Virus record (IMG/VR): IMGVR_UViG_3300028549_000989 | Coordinates: 1-39,112 of that record | Source of the DNA: a virus | Strand: one strand, 5' to 3' | Length of the DNA stretch: 39,112 bases | In this document: positions 1-7,988 of the stretch, in pieces | Position numbering within the stretch: position 1 is the stretch's first letter | Layout: each line of letters opens with the position of its first letter | The notes under the pieces: generated by a model | Database searches by the model: none | What the model saw: the letters and a program-made list of their open reading frames with translations, nothing else | Told to the model about the DNA's origin: nothing | Position numbers and translations under genes: made by a program

Positions 1-197
1 TAATATCTTTTTAAATAATTTTCTTCTTTCTTATTTCCAAAAATAAGATTAAGTTTGAAAGTTATAGTATAATATCAACAATTAAAAGATACAATAAAGT
101 AATCTTTTAATAGCCCATTAGATGCAGAAAGAAAAGAAGCATCCAACGAACAACCTCCGCAACTTTAAAAGGGAGCATTTGGTGGGCTATTAAAAGA
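1..197. repeat. Left copy of 197-bp direct terminal repeat (identical to 38916-39112)
   Basis: Base-by-base comparison shows 1-197 equals 38916-39112. The size fits T7-like DTRs, but a circular-assembly overlap cannot be excluded. Confidence 0.75.
30..73 (+). promoter_or_regulatory. Early host-type promoter module: palindrome CTTATTTCCAAAAATAAG (30-47), 20-nt spacer, TATAAT (68-73)
   Basis: Perfect -10 hexamer followed by conserved ATCAACAATTAAAAG. The same module is repeated at 38854-38897, 38945-38988 and (variant) 36998-37041. No recognisable -35. Confidence 0.5.
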
Positions 198-200
198 TTA
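100..200 (+). promoter_or_regulatory. 18-bp perfect inverted repeat (100-117 / 183-200) in the early leader, spanning the DTR boundary
   Basis: TAATCTTTTAATAGCCCA ... TGGGCTATTAAAAGATTA. The 65-nt loop holds smaller stems (GATGC..GCATC, CTCC..GGAG). Confidence 0.7.
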
Positions 201-288
201 TGAAAATAATCTTGGCATGAGCATTTTAGGAGACCTTTAAAAGGTTATGAAATAAACAACAAAAAAAATAATATGGAGGAAAAATATT

Positions 289-696
289 ATGAAAAAATTA
301 AAGTTAGGAATAACAGGGTATAAGGCATTAGATAGAGAAATAGGTAATGATGGTAGTATAATACCAACAAATATAATAGGTTCTTTTTTAAATCTTGAAT
401 ATAAAAAAGTAAAAGATATTAAAAAGGGAAAAGGAACAAAAAGTAATTGGATTGAAACAACTTGTTATGGTATTAAATCTTATATTGAATATAATAATAA
501 TTTCAAAGATGTTTATTCAAAATTTAAAACATTAGAAGAAGAAGATGCAGAACAAAAAATTATATTATTAACTATTAAAAATGTTGGTATATTTGTTTTA
601 GATTATGCATGTAATTTAGTAGTGGCAAAATATATAGGCACGCACTACAAACATAGAAACGCTTTTGAAACTATTAGAAGTAATTTAATAGATTAA
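289..696 (+). CDS. Hypothetical early protein
   Basis: ORF preceded by ATGGAGGAAAAATATT RBS context. The 31-nt initiation region 261-291 is duplicated at 705-735. Confidence 0.6.
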   Translation: MKKLKLGITGYKALDREIGNDGSIIPTNIIGSFLNLEYKKVKDIKKGKGTKSNWIETTCYGIKSYIEYNNNFKDVYSKFKTLEEEDAEQKIILLTIKNVGIFVLDYACNLVVAKYIGTHYKHRNAFETIRSNLID

Positions 697-732
697 ATAA
701 AATAAAAAAAAATAATATGGAGGAAAAATATT

Positions 733-1110
733 ATGTTAGAATTCGCAGGTATTAGAGATATGGAGACACCAAGAGGTGGAATCGCAAAAAACCAAAAGGT
801 TTATGTATTTAGAGATGAGGCTTCAAATGAAAGAATTGAATTCTTTGAAAGTTATGGTAAGATTATTGGGTATATTGTTATGAGTATAAATGGAATAACT
901 GAACCTTTTTATGCAATGAATGAGCACTTTTTGAACTCTACAAAAACAACTGGGAAGTATAGAAATATATTCTTTGATATGGATAAGAGAACATTGTTAA
1001 ACTATATTAAATATGATTATATGAAATTATTATCTTATGAAGAAGTTTATGGAGTATTTAATGAAGTTTGTGAGAGAGCATCAACGCCTCAGTTTAGAAA
1101 GTATTATTAA
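733..1110 (+). CDS. Hypothetical early protein
   Basis: ORF with the same GGAGG initiation region as the preceding gene. Confidence 0.6.
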   Translation: MLEFAGIRDMETPRGGIAKNQKVYVFRDEASNERIEFFESYGKIIGYIVMSINGITEPFYAMNEHFLNSTKTTGKYRNIFFDMDKRTLLNYIKYDYMKLLSYEEVYGVFNEVCERASTPQFRKYY

Positions 1111-1125
1111 AGGAGGCTTAAAGAT

Positions 1126-1410
1126 ATGTTAAAAGACTATATAAGATTAGCGAGGCATCTTGAAAAGACCTTGAAAGAGTTTAGTATTATCATAGGAGCA
1201 TCTTGTTATTCATTCAACGGTGCATTCAGAGTATATACTTGGGAGACGTATAGGGATGAGACAAAAGAGAACTTGTGTTATTCATTGGCGTGGCTTGGGA
1301 TGTTGCTTGAAGAGCATCCGAATGGGATTGTAGTTGATAGAAACAATAAAGGGACTATTATTAGAGAGTTATTAGAAGAATTATTAAAAGAAACATTGGA
1401 GGAAAAATAA
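1126..1410 (+). CDS. Hypothetical early protein
   Basis: ORF with AAGGAGG upstream; tightly packed with neighbours. Confidence 0.6.
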   Translation: MLKDYIRLARHLEKTLKEFSIIIGASCYSFNGAFRVYTWETYRDETKENLCYSLAWLGMLLEEHPNGIVVDRNNKGTIIRELLEELLKETLEEK

Positions 1411-1411
1411 A

Positions 1412-1603
1412 ATGAAAGGTTATATTAGTAGCAAGGCGTATGAAACGCCAGTTGAAATTGTTGAGAGACTTAATAGAGAACTTCAAGGAGTTTTATATAG
1501 TATAGAACATGAGTTGTATGATAATGTAGCAATTGAAGACCGTTTAATAACATTGGAAGACACTATTAAGGCGTGTTATCAGATGATAGATGTTAATTGT
1601 TAA
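1412..1603 (+). CDS. Hypothetical early protein
   Basis: ORF with GGAGGAAAAATAAA upstream; starts 2 nt after the previous stop. Confidence 0.55.
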   Translation: MKGYISSKAYETPVEIVERLNRELQGVLYSIEHELYDNVAIEDRLITLEDTIKACYQMIDVNC

Positions 1604-1612
1604 TGGAGGCTT

Positions 1613-1867
1613 ATGATGTATTATGAAATGAGTAAGCAAGGAACACTTAAAAGAGTAAGACCTTTTAAGGTAGAGTATAGTGAGGCATTTGATAGGATTA
1701 CTTATATGAAATTAGAAGGCTTTAAGGCAGGTTTTGTTATTGAAGAGAACTTAAAAGGAACTTATACTGTGATATATGATGGGCAATATGTAGGATATTT
1801 TAAATCTTCTTTAACAGAAATAAACAAAGAAGAATTATTAAAAGCAATAATAAACAAGATACAATAA
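1613..1867 (+). CDS. Hypothetical early protein (start may be the second ATG at 1616)
   Basis: GGAGG at 1605-1609. Its spacing favours ATG 1616 over 1613. Confidence 0.55.
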   Translation: MMYYEMSKQGTLKRVRPFKVEYSEAFDRITYMKLEGFKAGFVIEENLKGTYTVIYDGQYVGYFKSSLTEINKEELLKAIINKIQ

Positions 1868-1880
1868 GGAGGGAATTATT

Positions 1881-2285
1881 ATGACAAAGATGGAACAAAC
1901 AAGGAATGAATTTAGAAGAGAGTTAATGAAAAAGGATACTATAACTTTTTATATTGAAAGAATGTATGACGGACAAATGAGAGCGATCTATGCTGGAAGA
2001 AAACTTTTTAAGACATCTGGTGGAGGTTATGATTTAGAGAGTGCTTTATTAAGTTATGTAATAAATAATACTTTTCATTATATGCCTTATAAGAGTTATA
2101 TAGGTGGGACATTAAACGAACAAGGAAAAGGGTTATTAAGTCCTGGTATTGGTATGACGGCTATTGAAAATGCGTTAAGAAGTATTAGATGTGAAATGAA
2201 ATGGGAAAGACTTAGTAATAAGACAACTATAATAACATTAGATATATCAAATGTGCTTATGAGAGATTTAAAGGAGGTATTATGA
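1881..2285 (+). CDS. Hypothetical early protein with SGGGYD motif; distant paralogue of ORF 37222-37584
   Basis: AAGGAGG RBS. Shares the pattern GGGY(D/N)-x-E-x-x-AL and a later I-x-C segment with the 37222 product. Confidence 0.6.
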   Translation: MTKMEQTRNEFRRELMKKDTITFYIERMYDGQMRAIYAGRKLFKTSGGGYDLESALLSYVINNTFHYMPYKSYIGGTLNEQGKGLLSPGIGMTAIENALRSIRCEMKWERLSNKTTIITLDISNVLMRDLKEVL

Positions 2286-2461
2286 AAACTTATACAGAAC
2301 TTTTAAAGGCTATTAAGGAGATAAGAGAGGGCATTGAAAGCACTGCTTATCATACATTAAGTAGTTATAGACAATGTGAGATAAGTGTTGAGTTGGCGTT
2401 ATTAAATGAGACTATTAAAGAAGTATTAAAGGAACTGGATACGGATATTTATGATAGTTAA
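2282..2461 (+). CDS. Small hypothetical protein (59 aa)
   Basis: ATG overlaps the previous stop (ATGA); AAGGAGG at 2270-2276. Below the ORF-track size cutoff. Confidence 0.45.
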   Translation: MKTYTELLKAIKEIREGIESTAYHTLSSYRQCEISVELALLNETIKEVLKELDTDIYDS

Positions 2462-2510
2462 TCACTGGAATCAAGAAATAAATAAGAAAAAATTAAGGAG
2501 GAAAACAAAA

Positions 2511-3101
2511 ATGGAAGCATTCAAAAAAATTATGGTAGGGTCTCATGAGATGTTTAATGAGATAGTATTAGAAAGGAAAACATTTGTGATAACTTATGAA
2601 GAACCACTATATAATAGTTCTTTTAAGGAACTACCAGATATTATTCCAGAGCGTATTAAGGAGAGGCTTGTATTGAAACTTGCTGAGAACATTTATAGTG
2701 AATTAAAAGAGAGTATAGATTATGCACCTGCTACGATGGCTTTTAGATATTCTTTGGTGTTGCCTGTATATCTTAGTAAAGATAATGAGGAGGTCTATAA
2801 GAGTACTATTAAAAACTTACAGAGAGGTATAGAAGAAACAGAAATAGCATGCAAGTCTTTTTCAAAAGACTATTATGAATTAAAGAAAGATAATGAAGCA
2901 CTTGAAAATTCTCTTGAATACTTTGAAGAAAACTATTATAAAACACTAAAAGTGTTTAAGAATTTTAAAGAAGAACTTCAAGAAGAAAAAGAGGAGGCTG
3001 GTTTAGTACTTGATAGGATGTCTTTTAAAGATAGATTAGTGCTGGTGTTTAGATTATTATTTAATCTTAAAAAATTTAAGGAAACTGTGGAGGATATGTA
3101 A
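2511..3101 (+). CDS. Hypothetical early protein, charged and likely helical (track start 2451 probably too far upstream)
   Basis: AAGGAGGAAAACAAAA immediately precedes ATG 2511, which is in frame with 2451. The C-terminal half is E/K-rich. Confidence 0.55.
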   Translation: MEAFKKIMVGSHEMFNEIVLERKTFVITYEEPLYNSSFKELPDIIPERIKERLVLKLAENIYSELKESIDYAPATMAFRYSLVLPVYLSKDNEEVYKSTIKNLQRGIEETEIACKSFSKDYYELKKDNEALENSLEYFEENYYKTLKVFKNFKEELQEEKEEAGLVLDRMSFKDRLVLVFRLLFNLKKFKETVEDM

Positions 3102-3232
3102 TGGTTTTTTTAAGTGAAGATGACTTTTATGGGACAGAGGCGGAGCAAATATGGGACACGTATGAGGACTATATGAACTCTTATATAGGATATTATGAAA
3201 GTATTATGGAGGAGATTAGATATGATGGGTAA
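3101..3232 (+). CDS. Small acidic hypothetical protein (43 aa)
   Basis: GGAGG 7 nt upstream of the ATG, which overlaps the previous stop (TAATG). D/E/Y-rich. Confidence 0.35.
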   Translation: MVFLSEDDFYGTEAEQIWDTYEDYMNSYIGYYESIMEEIRYDG

Positions 3233-3431
3233 TAGTTTAATTGAAAGAAACAATTATGAGATGGCTAAGGATGGTGCGTGGTCTTGGATAGAGTATGAAG
3301 AGAATGCTTATGGTGCTTTTGATGATGCACCAGAGGATGAATACAACCAAGAAGATGAGGCTTTGGAGATTATGTTAGAGTATTATAGAAGTATTAAGGA
3401 GGATTTAATAGATGAAAACTTATGGGACTAA
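3222..3431 (+). CDS. Small highly acidic protein (69 aa from ATG 3222)
   Basis: GGAGGAG 7 nt upstream of ATG 3222, in frame with track start 3195. Strongly D/E-rich. Confidence 0.5.
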   Translation: MMGNSLIERNNYEMAKDGAWSWIEYEENAYGAFDDAPEDEYNQEDEALEIMLEYYRSIKEDLIDENLWD

Positions 3432-3537
3432 TGAAAATAAATATAAAGAAACATTTAAGATACAAATAATAACAACAATTGTTATTTTAGGTGTATGTTT
3501 TATGTTTATCTATGGTGCTTACAGTGTGTATAATTGA
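3412..3537 (+). CDS. Small membrane peptide (41 aa, one hydrophobic helix)
   Basis: AAGGAGG at 3396-3402, 9 nt before the ATG. Product contains IITTIVILGVCFMFIYGAY. Confidence 0.4.
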   Translation: MKTYGTNENKYKETFKIQIITTIVILGVCFMFIYGAYSVYN

Positions 3538-3681
3538 AACATTTAAAGAACATTCAAAAGGTTATATGATACATTTAGTAGCACTATTATTGATAGCATT
3601 TGATGTATGTCTTATATGTTGTATGTGAATAACTATGTGAATAACTTTTAATGTTTTGAAACCTTAAATAAATTAAGAGAA

Positions 3682-3710
3682 GTTTATGCTATAAGTCGCA
3701 ACCTAAGATA
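3682..3710 (+). promoter_or_regulatory. Putative phage-RNAP promoter, copy a (GTTTATGCTATAAGTCGCAACCTAAGATA)
   Basis: One mismatch to the copies at 13464-13492 and 34940-34968. All three are + oriented. Contains CTATA as in T7/SP6/K11 promoters. Confidence 0.5.
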
Positions 3711-3846
3711 GGGTGCCGTTAAAGTACTCATGTAATGCATCTATAATAGAGTTTTAAAAGGTACTTTATATGGTCTATTAAAGATTTATCTATAATAGTA
3801 ATCTTTTAAAGACTTTGCTTTATATAATATCTATATAAGAGTACTT

Positions 3847-3913
3847 GTAAAGACTCATGTAAAGACTCATGTAAAGACTCATGTAAAGACTCATGTAAAG
3901 ACTCATGTAAGGA
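3847..3913. repeat. 12-bp tandem repeat GTAAAGACTCAT x5 plus a partial sixth unit
   Basis: Perfect units at 3847, 3859, 3871, 3883 and 3895. A degenerate copy AAAGTACTCATGTAA lies near 3720. Confidence 0.9.
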
Positions 3914-3959
3914 GGACTTTGTTTTTAATACAAATAAAAAGTAAAACATCTAAGGATAA

Positions 3960-3979
3960 CTTGTAAAGATATCTTTATA
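3960..3979. repeat. 20-mer CTTGTAAAGATATCTTTATA containing the 14-bp perfect palindrome TAAAGATATCTTTA; identical copy at 35210-35229
   Basis: Exact 20-nt identity between two non-coding blocks about 31 kb apart. Confidence 0.85.
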
Positions 3980-4085
3980 AGAATTATTTGTTTTGTATTA
4001 TTTAATAAGTTGTATTCATTTAAAGGGCGTTTAAAACGTTTTTAAATGAAAGGAATAGAAAGATATAGGTAAAGGTGCGTTTGAT

Positions 4086-4120
4086 GCTTGTAGGTATCTT
4101 AAAACGCTTTATATGATGTA
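4086..4120 (+). promoter_or_regulatory. CTTGTAG..TATAT box, + orientation, 26 nt upstream of ATG 4147
   Basis: GCTTGTAGGTATCTTAAAACGCTTTATATGATGTA. Near-identical inverted copy at 32943-32978. Related copies at 33026, 33115, 33196, 36541 and 24923. Confidence 0.45.
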
Positions 4121-4146
4121 TTATAAAACAAAGGAGGAAAACATTT

Positions 4147-4467
4147 ATGGATTTATTAGAAAGAGTATTTAAAGATGCTATTAAAAGTATCATTAAAGGA
4201 TATCAATTAAGTGATGAGGTAAGAGAGATACAATATATAGATAGTATGTTAAGCAGTAGTGTAGCAGATGCGTTTATTGAGTGTTCTTTTAAAGGTGTTT
4301 ATAAGACGCTTAATAAGAATGATAGAGATAGACTTGTAAAGAAACTTGGAATGACTTTTTATGATGCTATAATATACATAGACAGTGTAAGCAAAACAAC
4401 GGACATTTATGGAACTAATAAGGAAACATTGATGATAACATTTGAAACAAAGGAGGACAATGTATGA
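4147..4467 (+). CDS. Hypothetical protein immediately upstream of the RNAP gene
   Basis: AAGGAGGAAAACATTT RBS. The stop overlaps the RNAP start (ATGA). Confidence 0.6.
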   Translation: MDLLERVFKDAIKSIIKGYQLSDEVREIQYIDSMLSSSVADAFIECSFKGVYKTLNKNDRDRLVKKLGMTFYDAIIYIDSVSKTTDIYGTNKETLMITFETKEDNV

Positions 4468-6932
4468 AAGGAACAGTAGAAAAGCAACTTGAAATAGAAG
4501 AGCAGATAAAGGAGGAAGCAATTCAAAAATACTTATTAGATTTAAGTAATGCTATAAGCCAAAATAGATTCTCTCAGACCAATGAGGGTTTTTATTTATT
4601 GAAAGCAACGTTAAATAAATATGAAGAAGCATTAAATACTTTTTTAGATACATCGTATAGAGGACAACTTGAAAAGGATAAGAAGTTATTGTTTTTAATG
4701 TTTAATAAGACAGATGTATTAGCACTATCTGTATTGAATGAAGTGATAAACAGTATAGGTTCTGGTTCAAGCATAGCAGTAACATCATTAGCATTAAAGA
4801 TTGTGAGAGAGTTAAAGAAAGTAGCGATGCATAAGAATATAACGCACGATAATCCAAAGTTCATAAGTTATCTTGGGACGGAGTTTAAAAGAGCATCTAA
4901 GAGTAGAAAGGATGTATTAATAGCGAAGCATTTAAAGGACTTAAAAGACTTTGATGTATATAATAAAGATACAAAGATAGCAACACGTATAGGTGCTATG
5001 TTATTGGATGTATTAGAGAAGAGTGGAGCGAATATTATAGAGAAATTTACTATAATAGATGGTGTTAGAACTATATATCATTATAGATTAACACAAGAAG
5101 CTAAGGAGGGCTTATTAAAATTAGGTAGGAATGCGTTAGGAAATATTATGACGAATGCTAATAGGCTTCCTATGATTGTTCCTCCTGTTCCTTTTGATAA
5201 TGATACATTGAAAGGAGGCTATTATAAGTATCCTATACCATTAGTAAAGGCTATTCATAAGGAGCATAGAGCATTCATTAAAGGAAAGGATTACAGTAAG
5301 GTTATACCAGTTGTTAATAAACTACAAGCGGTGCCTTGGAAGTTTAATAGTAGAGTTATAGATGTTATGACAGATATCTTTGAAAATAATATGTTAGACC
5401 CACGAAATAGAAGCAAACTCCCTAAGTTATTTGGAGGGCTTCCAACAGCGTCAGTGTATAAGGTAGATGAATTAGTAAAGAAAGAAGAGTTTGGACGTTT
5501 AAAGAATGGCTGGGAACTTGGAAAGGAAGCATTTCATAGTTATACAAAGGCTAAGAATGAGATGTATATATTATTAGACAAAGAGATGGGAAATAGATTA
5601 GCATTGATGTTTGCACTTAGTGTATATACAAAGATGTGTGATTATGATGCTATATATTTTCCTCAACAGTTAGATTATAGAGGACGTGTATATCCACATC
5701 CTACATTTGTAAGCATCCAACAGCCATCTTATATAAAGGCTATGTTAGAGTTTGCTGATGGAGAAGTATTAGATGCAGTAGGTATGGATGGTTTAAAGAT
5801 ACATCTAAGTAATTGTTTTGGAAATGATAAGGCACCATTTGATGAACGTATAAAGTTTATTGAAGATAACTTAGAAGACATTTTAAAGACAGCACAAGAC
5901 CCAATAGAGCATATCTTTTATTGGACACAGGCAGATAGTCCTTTTGAATTCTTAGCAGGATGTTTTGCGTTAGATGATGCTTTAAAAGGGCTTCCTGTAA
6001 CGCTTCCTATACAGTTAGACTCTACGTGTAGTGGTATCCAGATGTATTCTGGATTATTATTAGATGAAGAGGGAGCGTTAGCAGTGAATGTTATAGGAGA
6101 TACAAGACAAGACATCTATGGAAAGGTAGCAGATAAAGTTAATTCTTATTTAGAACTTGGAGAGTATCCTCAAATGATTGAATTTAAAGACTCAGAAGGA
6201 GCAGAAAGAATTGTATCTACAATAATAGAAGCAGAGAGTATTAAAGGAAAGATTAAAAGGGCACACGTAAAGAAAAACGTTATGACACTGCCTTACAATG
6301 CTTCTTTTAGAGGCATGCAAGACCAAGTAAGGGCAGACTTTGAAGACATAAAGTTTAATGGAGATGCTTTTTGGAAAGGAGAGTTTTGGGTTGTTGTTAG
6401 ATTGTTAGCAACATTGAATAGTAAAGGTATCTATGAAATCGTTAAAGGTGCTGTAAAAGGTCAAGAGTATTTCAAAGACTGTGCTAAGGCTCTTAAAAGA
6501 CCTGCTACTTGGCTAACACCTATATATAATCTTCCTATTATGCAACCAGCATATAAGACAGATACACATATAGTGCAGACCTTAATAGGACGTCTAAGTG
6601 TTCAATACTCTACGGATGAATTAGATAGAAGAAGCCAAGTAAATGCAATAGCACCTAATATAATACATTCAATAGACTCTACGGTGCTTTATGGTACAGT
6701 AGATAAGTTTAAAGAAACACATATAGGAACTATACACGACTGCTTTTTATGTCATCCTAATTATTGGAGAGACATGCAGGAAGCATTTAAAGATGCTTAT
6801 ATAGAAATTATGGAAAGCAATCCAATGGAGTTCATAGGAAGACAATTAGACCCAGAAGGTCTTATAGAAATACCTATGATAAACACCTTAAATTTAAAAG
6901 ATGTGAAAAACTCTAAGTATATTATATCTTAA
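4464..6932 (+). CDS. Single-subunit DNA-dependent RNA polymerase (T7 gp1-like)
   Basis: 822 aa. LDYRGRVY, LDSTCSGIQMYS, KKNVMTLPYNAS, PNIIHSIDS and GTIHDCF align with T7 RNAP DWRGRVY, FDGSCSGIQHFS, RSVMTLAYGS, PNFVHSQDG and LIHDSF. Confidence 0.95.
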   Translation: MKGTVEKQLEIEEQIKEEAIQKYLLDLSNAISQNRFSQTNEGFYLLKATLNKYEEALNTFLDTSYRGQLEKDKKLLFLMFNKTDVLALSVLNEVINSIGSGSSIAVTSLALKIVRELKKVAMHKNITHDNPKFISYLGTEFKRASKSRKDVLIAKHLKDLKDFDVYNKDTKIATRIGAMLLDVLEKSGANIIEKFTIIDGVRTIYHYRLTQEAKEGLLKLGRNALGNIMTNANRLPMIVPPVPFDNDTLKGGYYKYPIPLVKAIHKEHRAFIKGKDYSKVIPVVNKLQAVPWKFNSRVIDVMTDIFENNMLDPRNRSKLPKLFGGLPTASVYKVDELVKKEEFGRLKNGWELGKEAFHSYTKAKNEMYILLDKEMGNRLALMFALSVYTKMCDYDAIYFPQQLDYRGRVYPHPTFVSIQQPSYIKAMLEFADGEVLDAVGMDGLKIHLSNCFGNDKAPFDERIKFIEDNLEDILKTAQDPIEHIFYWTQADSPFEFLAGCFALDDALKGLPVTLPIQLDSTCSGIQMYSGLLLDEEGALAVNVIGDTRQDIYGKVADKVNSYLELGEYPQMIEFKDSEGAERIVSTIIEAESIKGKIKRAHVKKNVMTLPYNASFRGMQDQVRADFEDIKFNGDAFWKGEFWVVVRLLATLNSKGIYEIVKGAVKGQEYFKDCAKALKRPATWLTPIYNLPIMQPAYKTDTHIVQTLIGRLSVQYSTDELDRRSQVNAIAPNIIHSIDSTVLYGTVDKFKETHIGTIHDCFLCHPNYWRDMQEAFKDAYIEIMESNPMEFIGRQLDPEGLIEIPMINTLNLKDVKNSKYIIS

Positions 6933-6943
6933 TATATTTAAGT

Positions 6944-6994
6944 TATAATATCTTATTTTATTTAAGGTAATATTAAGCATTCTTATGCTATAAT
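6944..6994 (+). promoter_or_regulatory. Two promoter-like elements after the RNAP gene (TATAAT 6944-6949; TGCTATAAT 6986-6994)
   Basis: The second is an extended -10 (TGnTATAAT) and shares TTATGCTATAA with the 3-copy motif. It cannot be assigned to host or phage RNAP from sequence alone. Confidence 0.4.
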
Positions 6995-7028
6995 ACATTT
7001 ATAAAAACAAAACAAGGAGGAAAACAAA

Positions 7029-7166
7029 ATGGCAAAAAGAACACCAAAAGGTTTATTGAATTTAATTAAACAAGTAACAAAGGCGGAGCAATTAAAACTC
7101 TCAAAAGAATTAAAGAAAGATTATTATAACTGGTTATCTTATAAGATAGGTTTAAAACAATGTTAA
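7029..7166 (+). CDS. Small basic hypothetical protein (45 aa)
   Basis: AAGGAGGAAAACAAA RBS. The stop overlaps the next start (ATGTTAA). Confidence 0.4.
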   Translation: MAKRTPKGLLNLIKQVTKAEQLKLSKELKKDYYNWLSYKIGLKQC

Positions 7167-7345
7167 ACAATATTGAAACATCTATCATAGAAGTAACAAG
7201 AGATAATAACGGTAAATTAAATTTAAGGATTGAATGTTATCCGTTAGAGTTAATAAATTCAATTGAAGGAATGATAACTAAGTTTTCAGAAATATCAGGA
7301 ATACCTTATAATGAAGTATTAGATGATATGAAAAAAGTTATTTAA
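7160..7345 (+). CDS. Hypothetical protein (61 aa)
   Basis: ORF translationally coupled to the upstream small ORF. Confidence 0.5.
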   Translation: MLNNIETSIIEVTRDNNGKLNLRIECYPLELINSIEGMITKFSEISGIPYNEVLDDMKKVI

Positions 7346-7378
7346 TGGAATCTATAAAAAAACAACAAAAAAAAATTC
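7345..7378 (+). other. Orphan copy of the 5' end of ORF 37222 in the intergenic spacer before the SSB gene
   Basis: ATGGAATCTATAAAAAA (17 nt) is identical at 7345-7361 and 37222-37238. Similarity continues with one indel through an A-rich stretch. Confidence 0.7.
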
Positions 7379-7394
7379 TTGGAGGAATAATAAA

Positions 7395-7988
7395 ATGTCA
7401 AAACAATATACAAGTAATTCAGTAATTCAATCTACGGAGACTATCTTCGCTAACAGTAAAAAAGGTAAAAGTATGTGGTGTAAATATTTAGAACCAGATA
7501 CTTATGGTAACTATGGAGTTGATGTTTATTTCAATGATGCTGATACACAAGAACTAATAACTATATTAGAAGCACAAAGAGATGAAGCATTAGAAGAAGT
7601 AAAAGGAGCAGGTAAAGTAATAAAAGGAGTAGCAGATGTATTCAAAGAAAAAGATGGTAAGAAGTATTTCACGTTTAAAGTTTCAAGTGATAAGCAAAAT
7701 GGTCCTATACCTATATATAACGTATATGGTAAAGAAGACAAAACTTTCAAAGAACTTATAGGGAATGGTAGTATAATCAAAGTAAGATATATGGCAAAGC
7801 CTTATTATATGGCTTCTACAAAGTTTGTAGGTGTTTCATTAAGACTTTTAATGATACAAGTAATAGACCTTAAAGAGATGACAGTAGGTGGTGGAGCATT
7901 TGATGATGAAACAGATAGCATCCCTCAAAGTTCTAATCAAGGTTCATTTAATAGTTTCTCTGATGTATCAGAAGATGAGGATTTCTAA
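7395..7988 (+). CDS. ssDNA-binding protein (T7 gp2.5-like)
   Basis: GSIIKVRYMAKPYY...VGVSLRLLMIQVIDL...GGGAFDDE parallels T7 gp2.5 GSKLKVKYSLVPYK...LQLESVMLVEL..GGGEDDW. Acidic C-terminus ends EDEDF (T7: EDGDF). Confidence 0.8.
   Translation: MSKQYTSNSVIQSTETIFANSKKGKSMWCKYLEPDTYGNYGVDVYFNDADTQELITILEAQRDEALEEVKGAGKVIKGVADVFKEKDGKKYFTFKVSSDKQNGPIPIYNVYGKEDKTFKELIGNGSIIKVRYMAKPYYMASTKFVGVSLRLLMIQVIDLKEMTVGGGAFDDETDSIPQSSNQGSFNSFSDVSEDEDF

Noticed and set aside
7160-7345. Calling ORF 7160-7345 a T7 gp2-like host RNAP inhibitor because of its size (61 aa) and its position just before the SSB gene.
   Set aside because: Synteny is the only support. There is no sequence resemblance to T7 gp2, so it is left as hypothetical.
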